Positions 24,867 to 37,900 of a stretch of 64,000 nucleotides of DNA are shown here, one piece after another (position 1 is the stretch's first letter; each line of letters begins with the position of its first letter). The notes under the pieces were generated by a model. It saw only the letters and a program-made list of their open reading frames with translations, was not told where the DNA came from and ran no database searches. This stretch comes from Eledone cirrhosa (Eukaryota), in NCBI GenBank assembly GCA_964016885.1, contig OZ024745.1:79484001-79548000 (forward strand). Reading direction: 5' to 3'. Both the position numbers and the translations under genes were made by a program.

Positions 24867-25296
24867 CATACATGTGTGTGTGTTTTATTTATTTATTTAT
24901 TTATATATATATATATTCCTCTTTCTTTTCCAGGCATATTTTAATAGAAAAACCTGATATTGTTGTTGGCACACCTTCAAGAATTCTTGCCAATATTCGT
25001 GCAAATAACTTAATTCTAAAAGACACCATGGAATTTCTGGTTATTGATGAAGCAGACTTACTTTTAGCATTTGGTTACATTGAGGATATGAAAGCTTTAC
25101 TCAAGTAATTTTTTTTGCCATTTCATTTAATGAGAGATAGTATGTGTGGGTGTGAACTCTTAATATAGTTTTTATTTTAACTTCAAGTCAGGGGTCTCAA
25201 ACTCAAGAGCTTGAAAAAGCCATGAATTCTGGAGCAAAGGCACAGTGGGCCAAAAGTGAAATGAGAGTGGGGGTGTGATTTCTACCAGTAATAATG

Positions 25297-25350
<54 letters not shown>

Positions 25351-28300
25351 TCGTTTAATTATGGCCGAATTTCTAGGATTATATTGTAAAATAACCTTCT
25401 CGAACCTTCTCTGTGCCCCTCATATATTGTATATATGCCTGCAGGTTCTCTCACCCCCCCCCCCTCCCTCTCTCTCCAAATATAAAATAAACCTGTTGTG
25501 AGCTACGAGTTTGTTGATCCCCTATCTTGGCCGAACGCTTGTTTTTGAAAAATGTAATGTACTTTACCCTATTTTCTTGTCTCGCCATGTTTTTCCTAGT
25601 CCATTCACCTATCAGTATTATATCATCCGTCTAACTTAGAATCCAATCTTTTCAATGTTATTCGATAATTCTGTCAGACCTTCAAAACAATCTTGTATTT
25701 TAAACTCCCATAATTCTATCAGACACTCGAAAACAATCTTCTTGTATTTTAAACTCCCATAATTCTATCAGACACTCGAAAACAATCTTCTTGTATTTAA
25801 ACTCTGATTACTGTTATATGCTTGTATAATTTCTAGGATTATATTATAAAATAACCTTCTCGAACCTACTCAGTAACTCCCCCAGAACCCTCCCCTCCGC
25901 CCCCACTCGCCACCATTATTATTTGGTCCAATCATAATTCAGCGGCTTATAATATGTTTCTCTTACCAATCTCTTTCACAAAACCACCACCACCTCGGCT
26001 ATCACTCCTTAAGTTTAGACCTGGTTGCTTTTCGATATGCTAGATGGACTATAGAATTCTGGAGAGTCTGAAAAATCTGGACACTCAATGACAATGTCAA
26101 AGATAAAGATAAATTCACCTCATGTTGCTGGATGAGAATGCAAGGACTCCTCTTTATTTTGGCCGCGGATGGCTAACATAACCCCATCTCCCTCATCCTT
26201 CCCACCCACCAAACGCAATCCAAAATTCAGAGTTGGTTCCATGAATGTAAAAGGTCGCTCTAACGAGGTTGTAGAGATGTTTGAACATAAGGAAGCTGAT
26301 ATTTGCTGTGTTCAAGAGACCTGGTGGAAGAGTGGGTCTGCTAGATTCATTGTGGGTAAAAAACGATGCTATAAATATTTCTGGATGGGAAATGACAATG
26401 GGCTGGGTGAAGTAGGAATTATGTTAGCAGAAAAATGTGTAGATAAGGTAATAGACGTAAATAGAGTGAACGACAGAATAATTAAAATAAGACTTGTCCT
26501 AAATAGAACTACTGTGACAATAATATCTGCGTATGCACCCCAATCCAGACTGCCTGGCGTTATAAAAGACAGATTCTATGAATCGCTAATGTTCACTACC
26601 TCCCAAATATCCGACAGTGACTACATAATTATTGCTGGCGACCTAAATGATCATGTTGGACAACATTGTGACGGCTTTGACGGAATCCATGGAGGCTATG
26701 GGTTTGGTACTAGAAATGAGGAAGGCTCCAGAATCCTGGAATTCTGTGACGCTAATAACCTGTATAATAATCTGTATAATAATCTGTAACACAAACTTCA
26801 AAAAACGAGACAATCACTTGAGGGGAACACGCCAGTCAGATAGATTATATCCTTACCAGAAGACGTGACAGAGTGTCTATTGTAAACACTAAATCCCTCC
26901 TCCATGAAGAATGCACCTCTCAACATAGACTCATAATTAGCGACCTCATAGTCAGGACGAGACGTACTCGACAACAAAGGAGGACTACCCTAAGGAGAAG
27001 AATATGTAAGTTAAAGGACCCCACAGCTAGTAACAAATTTAAAAGCATATTACTTGATGCTTTTGACAGTAAGGACAATTAGGGACGTACAATATAGAGG
27101 AACAGTGGGAATTCCTGAAGGCGACAGATGAAATCTGTGGCAGGAGGAGAGTAACATGGTGGTGGAACAGTAAGGTGGAGGAGTCGATCAGGGCCAAAAT
27201 GCAGGCTTGGAAAGTATGGCGGGATGGGGGAAGTAGAGAAGAGTATCAAGTGGCCAGGAGGGAAGCTAGGAGACAAGTGTACTTCGCAAGAAGGGAAGCA
27301 GAAGAAAGAAAGTTCAAGCATGTTCTACAATGCGAGGACCAAAAACGTGAGGTGTTCAGGATTGTTAGGCAATGTGTCAAAGAAAACCGTGATATTGTCA
27401 GGGGCAAGTGTGTCCTTAATGATGATGGTGTACTTGCCATCACTGACGCTGATAAGAAGGTAGCTTGGAAATGCCACTACGAGGGGGCTACTAAATGAGG
27501 AGAATAAATAGGAAAAAGATAGTCTACCCCACATTGATCCAATAGAGGGACCAGCAGTTCAAGTTGAAGGTAGTATAATAAGTAAGGCAATCAAAGATAT
27601 GAAGACAGGCAAGGCATCTGGGCCTTTGGAGATAGTTGCTGAAATGCTGAAAGCATCTGGAACGGTGGGACACACTATGGTCACCCGGATAGTAAACCAA
27701 GTCATACAGAACGGGGTCATACCAAATGACTGGTGTAGCAGCATCATCATTAACTGCTACAAGGGTAAAAGAGATACCTTAGATAGGAGAAGCTATAGAA
27801 GCATTAAATAAATTGTCATGGTCATAAGGTCACAGAAAAAGTTATAGGGCAACTAATCAGAGAGCAAATTGATCTAGACGAAATACAGGGTTTGTGTCAG
27901 GTAAAAGTACCACAGACGCCCTTTTCCTTGTACGACAACTACAGGAGAAGTACCTAGCTAAAAGTAAACCCCCTATACTTAGCTTTTGTTGATTTGGATA
28001 AAGCATTTGACAGAGTCCCCCATGCCATTATCTGGTAGGCCCTAGGGGTTGATGAATGGCTTGTGAGAGCTATACAAGCCATGTATAAAGAAACAGTCAG
28101 CAATGTTAGAATTAACAACGAATATAGTGAAGAATTTAGTGTAAAAGTTGGTGTTCATCAGGGCTCTGTCCTTAGCCCCCTCCTATTTATTATTTCCCTT
28201 CAGGCTATAACAGAGGAGTTCAAGACCGGCTGCCCATGGAAACTCTTATATGCAAATGATCTAACGCTCATAGCTGTATCGATGGCTGAACTAGAGAAGA

Positions 28301-31300
28301 AATTCCAAACATGGAAGCATGGCCTAGAATCAAAAGGCCTTAAAGAAGTTAACTTGTCTAAGACTAAAGTTCTAGTATGTAGGAAGGAAAATAGGGCACA
28401 GGTCCCCTCAGGGAAATGGCCATGCTCAGTGTGTAGGAAAAGAGTAGGCAGAAATTCCATTTTATGTCCCAAATGCAAAGTATGGGTGCATAAAAGATGT
28501 AGTGGGATCACAGGTAAGCTATCTAAGAACGTAGATTTTATATGTGGCCGGTGCTCAGGTGCAATAAGTAGCAAGTGCCCACAGGATGCTAGCTCCTTCT
28601 ATTGCCCAGATGGTTCTATAAAAATAGTGGACACCTTCCGTTACCTGGGTGACAAAATCAGCAGTGGTGGAGGGTGCTCAGAAAGTACAGTAGCCAGAGT
28701 CAGAACGAGATGGAAAAAGTTCAGAGAGCTTATACCACTATGGGCCGCTAAAGGTTTCTCTCTAAAAATGAAAGGCAGACTGTATACGAACAGCTATGTT
28801 ACATGGCAGTGAGACATGGGCATTGTGTGCAGAGGATCTGCGCAGACTGGAGAGGAATGAAGCATGCATGCTCCGCTGGATGTGTAATAGTAATATACCT
28901 GAACAGCTAAGCATAAATGAACTAAGTGAGAAATTAGGTATAAGAGGGATCAGATGCTGTTTACTTGAGAGAAGTCTATGTTGGTATGGTCACGTGATGC
29001 GCATGAAAGACGACAGCTGTATAAAAAAATGCATGGCGATCAAAATTGATGGAAGTTACAGAGTAGGCAGACCCAGAAAAACCTGGGACGATTTGATAAA
29101 TTCTGACCTTACACACTTACATCTCTCTAAGACACTGGATCGAGATCTTTGGCGCTATGCAGTAATACAGAAAACCCGCCTTGCCTATGTACAAAGTGAA
29201 ACCTACAGTCAGTAGGCACCTCTTAATCAAATATACATCCCCACCCCCATCAACACCACCCTCTCTCTGTGAAGTTATGTTGGTAACACAACATCCAGTC
29301 CTAAATAAATGAGGTCGTGTAGGTGTCATGACAAAAAAACACAATCCACGCTATAATGTGGCCGTGTCGGTAACACGGTAAAAACCTCCCAGTCCACACT
29401 GTAAACGTGGTTGGTGTTAGGAAGGGCATCCAGCCGTAGAAAACCTGCCAGATAGTCCTATATGAGCGAGACATAGTCACCCGACCAATCTTGCCTCAAG
29501 TGGGACAATTCCCGTCTAAACCCATGCTAGCGTGGAAGATAGACGTTAAACGATGATGATGATGATGATGATGCTATATGTATTATATATACAGTGGAAC
29601 CTCAGTTCACAGAAGAAATGATGATGGAATGCGACGCATGGGGAGATGCTGTGCTGAGAAGGAATGTCCAACCCATGCAAGCATGGAAAAGCGACGTAAA
29701 AATGATAATCTATATATATATATAAAAACGAAAATGTTCGTCTGTATGCAGGTGATGCATTTCCACAGTTTCCATCCAATTTTCTTCAAATTTAATGCAT
29801 AGGTTATTTCTAGGGCATGTCAACATATAAATTAAATCTTGCTCTTCTCTAAAATAGCAGAGTTCTGTGGCTAGTTAAAGACGGCCATGTTGATGAGAGA
29901 AGGGGGGGAGGGGTGGTCTTTATTTACAGTGGTAAAAGGTGTGCCCATCAACGATGGGCTCTTTTGCTAGTGATGAATATATATGTGTATGTGTGTGTGT
30001 TTATATATCTGTGTATGTATGTATATTTATTTTAAGTTGCCCAACTTGTTAAATTATTTTTGATGGTCAATGTGCATTGAAGCTTCTAAAGTTAAATTCA
30101 ATAAAATTCATGCCTAATCAACAATTATAAAAGTAGATTTGTATATATATATATATATTTTATATAACTATTTCAGGTATTTTCCCAAAATTTATCAAAC
30201 CATTTGGGTTTCTGCAACAAAGAATACAGACGTCAACTTTTTGAAAAAGATGATATTGTATGACGCTGTAAGCATCAATATTTTCTATATTACTTTTAAT
30301 AGTTTTTAGAAATTTTTAACCCTTTAGCATTTAAACCGGCCATATCTGGCCAGAATTCTCTCACCTCTTTCTGTTCAAACCTGCTGTAACTGGCTGCTCA
30401 TACTTATGTTAAGGTATTCTCAAAATTAATATCAAAATCTCGTAGATTCGATATTATGTGAGATAAAGTGTTTACTGTGGAAATACAATAGTAAAATATA
30501 GAGTAATGTAAATGCAAAAGGGTTAATTCCATTAAATTTCATCCATATTGTTGTGGTTTGTTCTTGTGTGATTACATTATCATTCTATCCTTCATTTTCC
30601 CAATAGATTGAACTAATCTTCAAAAATGCTTCTTCACATTATATTTCAACTTCACATCAACTTTTCATATTGTAACAGTTGCAACAATTCTCTCATTCTA
30701 CTAAAAGGTTGCCAAAATATTACAATCAACACTTTCCTCTTTCTTCACACATCATCATTATCATAATTTTTTTGTTCACATTTCCATGCTGGTATGGATT
30801 GGATGGGGTGTTTTGAGAGAATAATTTACAACCGGGTGTCCTTCCTGATGCCAACCCACTTATGTCGCCCCTTATTACACACAAGGATATAGTGTATATA
30901 TTCTAAAAGCTAGGATATACACAATATCAAAATATCACTGATCTTATCGTAAATGTTATCAACCTACAGACACATATATTTGTACTTATTGTCAATATTG
31001 TTATTAAAATTCTTTTATAAAACAATATAGGTGGTTTTGAAACTCGAAGAACCTCAAATACCAGATCAGTTAATGCAATATCACATTATGTAAGTATCCT
31101 AGCTGTTCTTATTTTTACTTTTTTTATTTCATTACAAACACAAGACATCTTTTATTTTCTGTAAATAATTCTCATAGCTCAACAACAAGTAAAATTAGTT
31201 GATTATCTCTGGGCCTATAATACACAGTGTGTTTCAGAGCCAGGGGGAAACCAAGCTGGCAAAATGGAATCAAACATGCTTTACATTCACAGCAGAACCA

Positions 31301-31936
31301 AAACTACTGCAGGTCTCTTGCTTGCTAAAGATGGCCAGTTTCATCTCACAGTGACAACTTACCAACAGAAATGCCTGAACAAAAAAGAACAACATAAAAA
31401 ATCTCATTGCGATAGAGGCCTCCATTCAAGGAGGGGCTAATACTTCTTAATCTTTTCAACAGGAAAAGACCTAAATCAGTGACCGGAGCTGAATCACTTA
31501 ATCCCATAGTAATTTCAAAATTATCAGGACATTTTTTTCTTGTCCAGAGACTACTTTCAAATTTGCTGGGATAATATCAATTTCAAATTAAGTCATTTAA
31601 ATTTTTAGCCATAATTAATATTTTGTTTACAAGTATCGGAAAGATAGAAGAATAATAGCTATCAATGTCAAATTGTAGAAATTTGAGGATTTTTTTATCA
31701 TTTAAATTATTAAACCAATTTATAACTTCATCCATGTTACACCATAATTCCAAATCTATTTTTTGTTTAATTGTAGGTGTAAGTCTATTTTTTTAACTTA
31801 TTTTACATTGGTAAAATAAGTAAAGGAACAAATAAATTCAAAATGTTAATTGTTAAATAAATTGTATTTTTATCTGCACCAATGTTGTTAATTTTGTAAT
31901 CTTATGTTTATGTATGTGTGTGTATATATATATAAA

Positions 31937-31968
<32 letters not shown>

Positions 31969-34900
31969 CACATACTTTTACATGTAAAGGTGCACCCTTA
32001 TGTGTAAGTAAGCTAACATAAATTTAGGTTCTTAAAATTGTTTATATTTGAAAATGTTCATCTTTCTGACAGGGTGGAAGATTGTGACAAATATGCTTTG
32101 ATGTGTGCTCTATTTCAACTGAAGTTAATTCGAGGAAGATCCTTGATATTTGTCAACACCATTGATGAATCCTACAGGTAATATTTCTACCCGGATGTTC
32201 TTGCTATCTATAGGTTTAGAAATTTTATTTTCATGTGTGTGCTGTTCCATGTTAGATTAGAGTGAATAATTTTACAAATTCATGAGTGAGCATAATTTGT
32301 TAATACAAATTTTAATAGCAATTGTATTCCCTTCCAAATACTAACATTCTTTCTGTATGTATATATATATATTTATTAAAATAACAGATTAAAGTTTAAG
32401 CAAAGAATCGCTGAAAGCAGCGATTCTTTGCTTAAACTTTAATCTGTTATTTTAATAAATATTTGCTCTACGGTTCTTATATATTTGATATATATTTATC
32501 CTTATCGAGCCCTCTTTGGATTTTAATCTCCAAATTTATTATTATTACTGTATATATATATATATATAAGTGGGAGAAGAAGAAGAATGCAGCTGTGAAT
32601 GTTTGTGATTCATGGTGAGCCTCTGTCTTGGTTCTCTAACATAGGTATAACAAGTACATTTGGCAGCAACCATTGAAGACTTCAATAGTTTTGCTGTCCC
32701 TATACACTTCATCATTTCGCTTGCAGCTGTATATATGAGACCTGTCAAAATAATATCCAACTTCACTACAGTGGATTCAGTCAGTTGCATCCACTCCCTA
32801 ACAAAAGTAAACCTTGTATTTATACAAAAAAAAAAAAAAAAATATTTTATGATTTTTGTCATCTAATTTTCATTATACAGACTAAAAATGTTTCTGCAGC
32901 AGTTTGGAATAAAATCTTGCATCCTTAATAATGAGATGCCACTCAGTTCTCGGTAAGATCTTATTGCAATAATTCTTTCAGCAAATGTAATTTCTTCAGT
33001 ATTCCCATTTCCCACTCCTCCACAACTTTACCATCGTTGAACCATAAGAGAAGAGAAGGGTTCGGTAAACTCTGATAATTATTTTTATTAGTTTAACTTT
33101 TCATAAATCTATAGGACTAGTGTTTAACCTTTTGCATTACTATATCTTCTCTGAAAATCATTGCCTATAGTTTTCGAATAATTTTGAATGTAATCAAGAA
33201 TTTTAAAGGATCTAGCAATATAACTAACTTTCTCATTAAGTTGGTTCTAATATAAAATTATGATGGAAGATTTTTAGAGAGGACTTACAAGCATTACTCT
33301 ACCAGCTCACTAAACAATTAAAAAATAATATCAGTTATCTATATATGGTTAGACAAGAGATGATAGATTCTTCTATTGTTTTGTCCCAGTTTTTTTTTCT
33401 CTTTTTATTTGGTTTTGTCTCATTTTATGATCTTTATCAACAATATCTCCATACAGTATGCAATACCCCATGACTTACTGTGAATTAGTGTTAGAGACTT
33501 ACAAGACCAAATTTGACATTGATATTATTCTAACCCTCATCCACCCTATTGCAGTCAGCAATATTTTATCCAGCTATTACTAGAGTTGTCAGGAAATGTA
33601 TATATTCCATATGTAATTGTAAAAATGTTCTTGTCCTTCAGATGTAATATAGTGGATGAATTCAACAGAGCAGTATACAACAACATAATAGCGACAGATG
33701 AACAGCCTATTGAAGACAGTGTTGAAAACTCAAAGGGATCAACAAAGTAAAGTGTAATGAATTTGATATTTTTTTCCCTGTGTTAGTTCTAGGAGCATGT
33801 TATTGTGACAAAAGCATTACTACATTACAGGGTGCTTTTTATCATTATTATTGTTGGGTGAACTGGCAATATCAGTAGAGTGTCAACTACCATGCTTCAT
33901 AACATATAGTTAAGTACCAATAACACCCTGGGGTCGATTTAATCGACTTTCCCCTCCCCCAAAATTGTTGGCCATGTGTCTAAATCGGCAGTGGATTGGC
34001 AGTATCGGTAGAGGGTCGGACGCCATGCTTTGCAGCAAAGAGTTACGGCCCTTTATGGTCTGAGTTCAAATCCCGCTGAGGTTAACTTTGCCTTTCATCC
34101 TTATGGGGTCGATAAAATAAAGTACCAGTAATACACTGAGATAATTGCTGGCCTTGTGCCAAAAGTAGAAACAATTATTATTATTATGCATACTGTATAT
34201 CAACATCATCTTCCTTCCCCAATCAGTCAATCCTTGTAAACTCCCGTACTTTATGTAATCTGTCCTTGTAATATCGCATCCATCTGGTGCCCTTGTGGTA
34301 AATGAAATCATCATCATCATTGTTTAACGTCCATCTTCCACGCTAACATGGGTTAGACGGGAGTTGTCCCACTTGAGGCAAGGTTGGTCGGGTGACCGTA
34401 TCTCGCTCATAAAGGACTATCTGGCAGGTTTTCTACGGCTGGATGCCCTTCCTAACACCAACCACATTTACAGTGTGGAACTGGGAACTTTTTACCGTGT
34501 TACCTACATGGTCACATTACAGTGTGGACTGTGTGTTTTTTTTTGTTGTGACACACCTACACGATCTTGATCTGATTATCTCATTTATTTGGACTGGATG
34601 TTGTGGTTCCAACTTTACATACAGAGAGAGGGTGGTGTTAGTGGGCGGATAGGGTAGTGGATTGGGGTGTATATTTGGTTAAATCATTATTATTATTATA
34701 GAAGGACAGTGGATTACCAGAATCGTTAGAGCATTGGACAAAATGCTCTGCAAGTAGAGTTAGTTAGAGCCCTTTTCATTCTAAGTTATAATCTTGCTGA
34801 GGTTAGCTTTGCCTATCAACCTTACAGGGTCCTTAATACAAAGTACCAGTAACACACTGAGACCGATTTAATTGACTTTTCCCTTTCATTCAAATTTCTG

Positions 34901-37900
34901 CTATGGTGCCAAAAGTAGAAATTATTGTAATTATGAGCATCATTTCTTGCAGTATCATTTGTTAATTTTCTCAAGTCCATTTAAATGTAAAGAGGGCACT
35001 AAAATACTTGATGTAGTAAGCCAAGAAATCTTAAGATTACACCCTTAAAGATGAGAACATTATATAAAATGACTAATTCTAATCTAGAAATAAGATGGGG
35101 GAGACAACCTTGTAATATTTAATTAACGAGAGATTGTAGTGGGGACTGTGGCTGATCTTTGGTGACAACTCGATATGTTTCAGTGTTATTATATCTCATC
35201 AGTGAAGTCCAGTCTAAGTTTTTTTGTGAATGAATAGTGTGGATGATAACTTAAATGTAACATTGACAAGAAGAAACTTTTTTTTTAACATCTATTTTCT
35301 TGGCTATATTACAGGGAAGTTGATGGCTGTGGTGTTTCCCGGGGTGTTGATTTCTACAATGTTTCAAATGTCATTAACTTTGACTTTCCTGAGTCTGTGA
35401 ATGCTTATATTCATCGTATTGGAAGGTTAGTTAAAATTTGCTTTGATAAGCAGTTTCATGATTGTTTCATTAAATGTATTCTTGTCCATCTCTGCTAAGA
35501 TTCATTACAAGTGGCAGTAGTCACCACTGTAAACAGAAAGTAAGCTAATTTCATAATTTAATTTTAATTCCTTCTTGAGTCTCATACAAAATTGACATCC
35601 TGACCTGAACTTTACAGCACCCTTTTCACTCATCTGCAACTCTCAATGTCCTCTACTGCATTTGAAAGACATTCTTTTTCATCATCATCATCACCATTTT
35701 ATGTCTATTTTTTATGCCGGCATCGATTAGATGGGTTGTCATGCCCTGAGATTTGACAGGTCAGTTGACTGCTTTGCTCATGCATCCAATTTTGACATGG
35801 TTTTTCAAAACTGCACTATGACTGCATCATATTAAAAATTAAAGTTATTACTTTACTGCAAATTTTCAGAACAATCTTTTCTATTAATAAACATTTTAAT
35901 TAACAAACTCATTTTTAGATATTTTCTGCTAAATCATTAGAGGATGTTAAGAGTTAAAGCTATTAAGCATCATGCTTACCCAAAGTACTCTTCCTGAGAT
36001 TTTGATATAGTATTTAATAGATATTTGTTTTTGGCATACTAATATTTTGCACTGTGAAATATATTTCTAGGACTGCCCGTGCAAACCAGAAAGGTACAGC
36101 ATTATCATTTGTAACAAATGAGGAGGACAAAATCTTTGATGAGGTTAAACATGTTATATTAGAAGAATCAGGTATTTATACCATTTATAATCACTGTTTC
36201 CTCTGGTCCCTTATACACAAATTTTGAAATTTTCATACAAATAATTGACGTACATGAATTCTTTTTTCCAGTTTAAGATAGTTAAAAGGTTGGTTGTGAT
36301 GTAAGCTGTGAAGATAGATGGCATAGTGGTTAGGGAAATTGAGATCACATCCACAAAGTCAGGAGTTCAATTCTAGGATCATGTGGTGCATTGTGTCCTT
36401 GAGTAAAATGCTTCATTTCATGTTGCTCAAGTCTGCTCAGCTGATGAAAAAATGAGTACCAGTAGCTGCTGAGGGTTAATCGCTGCAACAGACTGATGTT
36501 TGGCCCAGGGGAAGTTTTTATTTATAGGACTGTGGCCTCTTATAAAATCATGCCGGAGAAATCTCCTTGTAGGAGGTCAGTCAAACCTACATATGTGTGA
36601 GCTGTAACAACATCAACATGAGAGGGCAGGAGCCCCTCTCATTAAAGCCTCCTATGTCATGCAACCTTGTAGGAGGCCAGCTAAACCTACAGAGGTGTGA
36701 GTTGTAACAAAAACATGATAGAACTGGGTTCCTTATTATTAAAAGCACTACATAATAATGGATGCATGTACCCCCTCCACTACTGCCTCCAATTTTATTG
36801 ATCTGTTTCTCTCTTTCATCTATGCATAAGGAATCATGCTGAATCTGTTTATTTCCACTATATCAGTATACTCAGTAAAGTGGCTGTGTTTGTGTCATGA
36901 TAAATTGTACCCTGTACACTCTGTAAAGTGGTAGTGCTCATGTCAGGATAAATTGTACCCTGTACACCCTGTAAAATAGTTAGTGATTGAACAAAGACAG
37001 TGTAAAGTTGAGAAAACTCTTTAATCTTGCCAAGGATATAACAACTTTTCTAGTGTTGTTGTCATGATAAAATGCATCCAGTACACTCTGCAAAATGATT
37101 TGTATTAGGAGGGGCATTCCCCCGAAGCCATGTCAATAATAGGACATACAAGTAAGATACGGTCCTCCAACCCATGCCAACATCAATAACAGGTTTAAAA
37201 TGGTGGTGGTGATGTTGTAAGAGTAATCACTGAAGCTCAAAGTGAAAGTAGCTCGTTAATGAAAATTAGGTTAACCCTTTAGCATTTAAACCAGCCATAT
37301 CGGGCCAGAATTCTCTCACCTCTTCCTGTTCAAACAGGCTGTAACCAGCCACTCATACCGATGTTAAGGTATTATTCTCAAAATAAATGACATCAAATCT
37401 CATAGATTTGATATTATGAAAATATAATAGTAAATATAGAGTAATTTAAATGCTAATAATAATAATAATGAAATTATTGTGTACAGTGCTCAGGTGCACT
37501 ACAACTCATCAAAGGTGCATGTATAGTACATAGAATAATGTACAAATGTCAGGAAAATGAACAGTGTATGAGTCATGATATAATAATAACAATAATGAAA
37601 TATTGTGTACAGTGCCCAGGTGCACCACAACTCATCAAAAAAGTACATGTACAGTACATAGGGCAATGCACAAACATCAGTAAAATGAACAGTGCACGAG
37701 TCATGATACACACATGTGTGCATGTGTATGGAAGGGGTACATCAGGTGTAGTTTTGGCGTATTTCGGGAAGCATGAGTGTCTTAAAGGATGCAGTGTCTC
37801 GGCAGCTAACAATTGACGCAGGCAGTTTGTTCCATGCTTCAGCAACTCTGAGCGTGAAAAAATGTCTGCGAAAGTCATGGGAGCTGTGCTGTTTTCTTAT

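Noticed and set aside
26085-26180. Possible HDV-like ribozyme at the 5' end of RTE copy 5
   Set aside because: Partial elements (CACCTCA loop, TGTTGCT-GG) are present, but P3, P2 adjacency and J4/2 could not be assembled. A family consensus would be needed.
32970-33008. Minus-strand CTGAAGA..GAAA near a DDX56 donor site
   Set aside because: No stem I or stem II; chance match.
35165-35210. Minus-strand CTGATGA..GAAACATATC hammerhead-like string
   Set aside because: Stems I and II do not pair convincingly.
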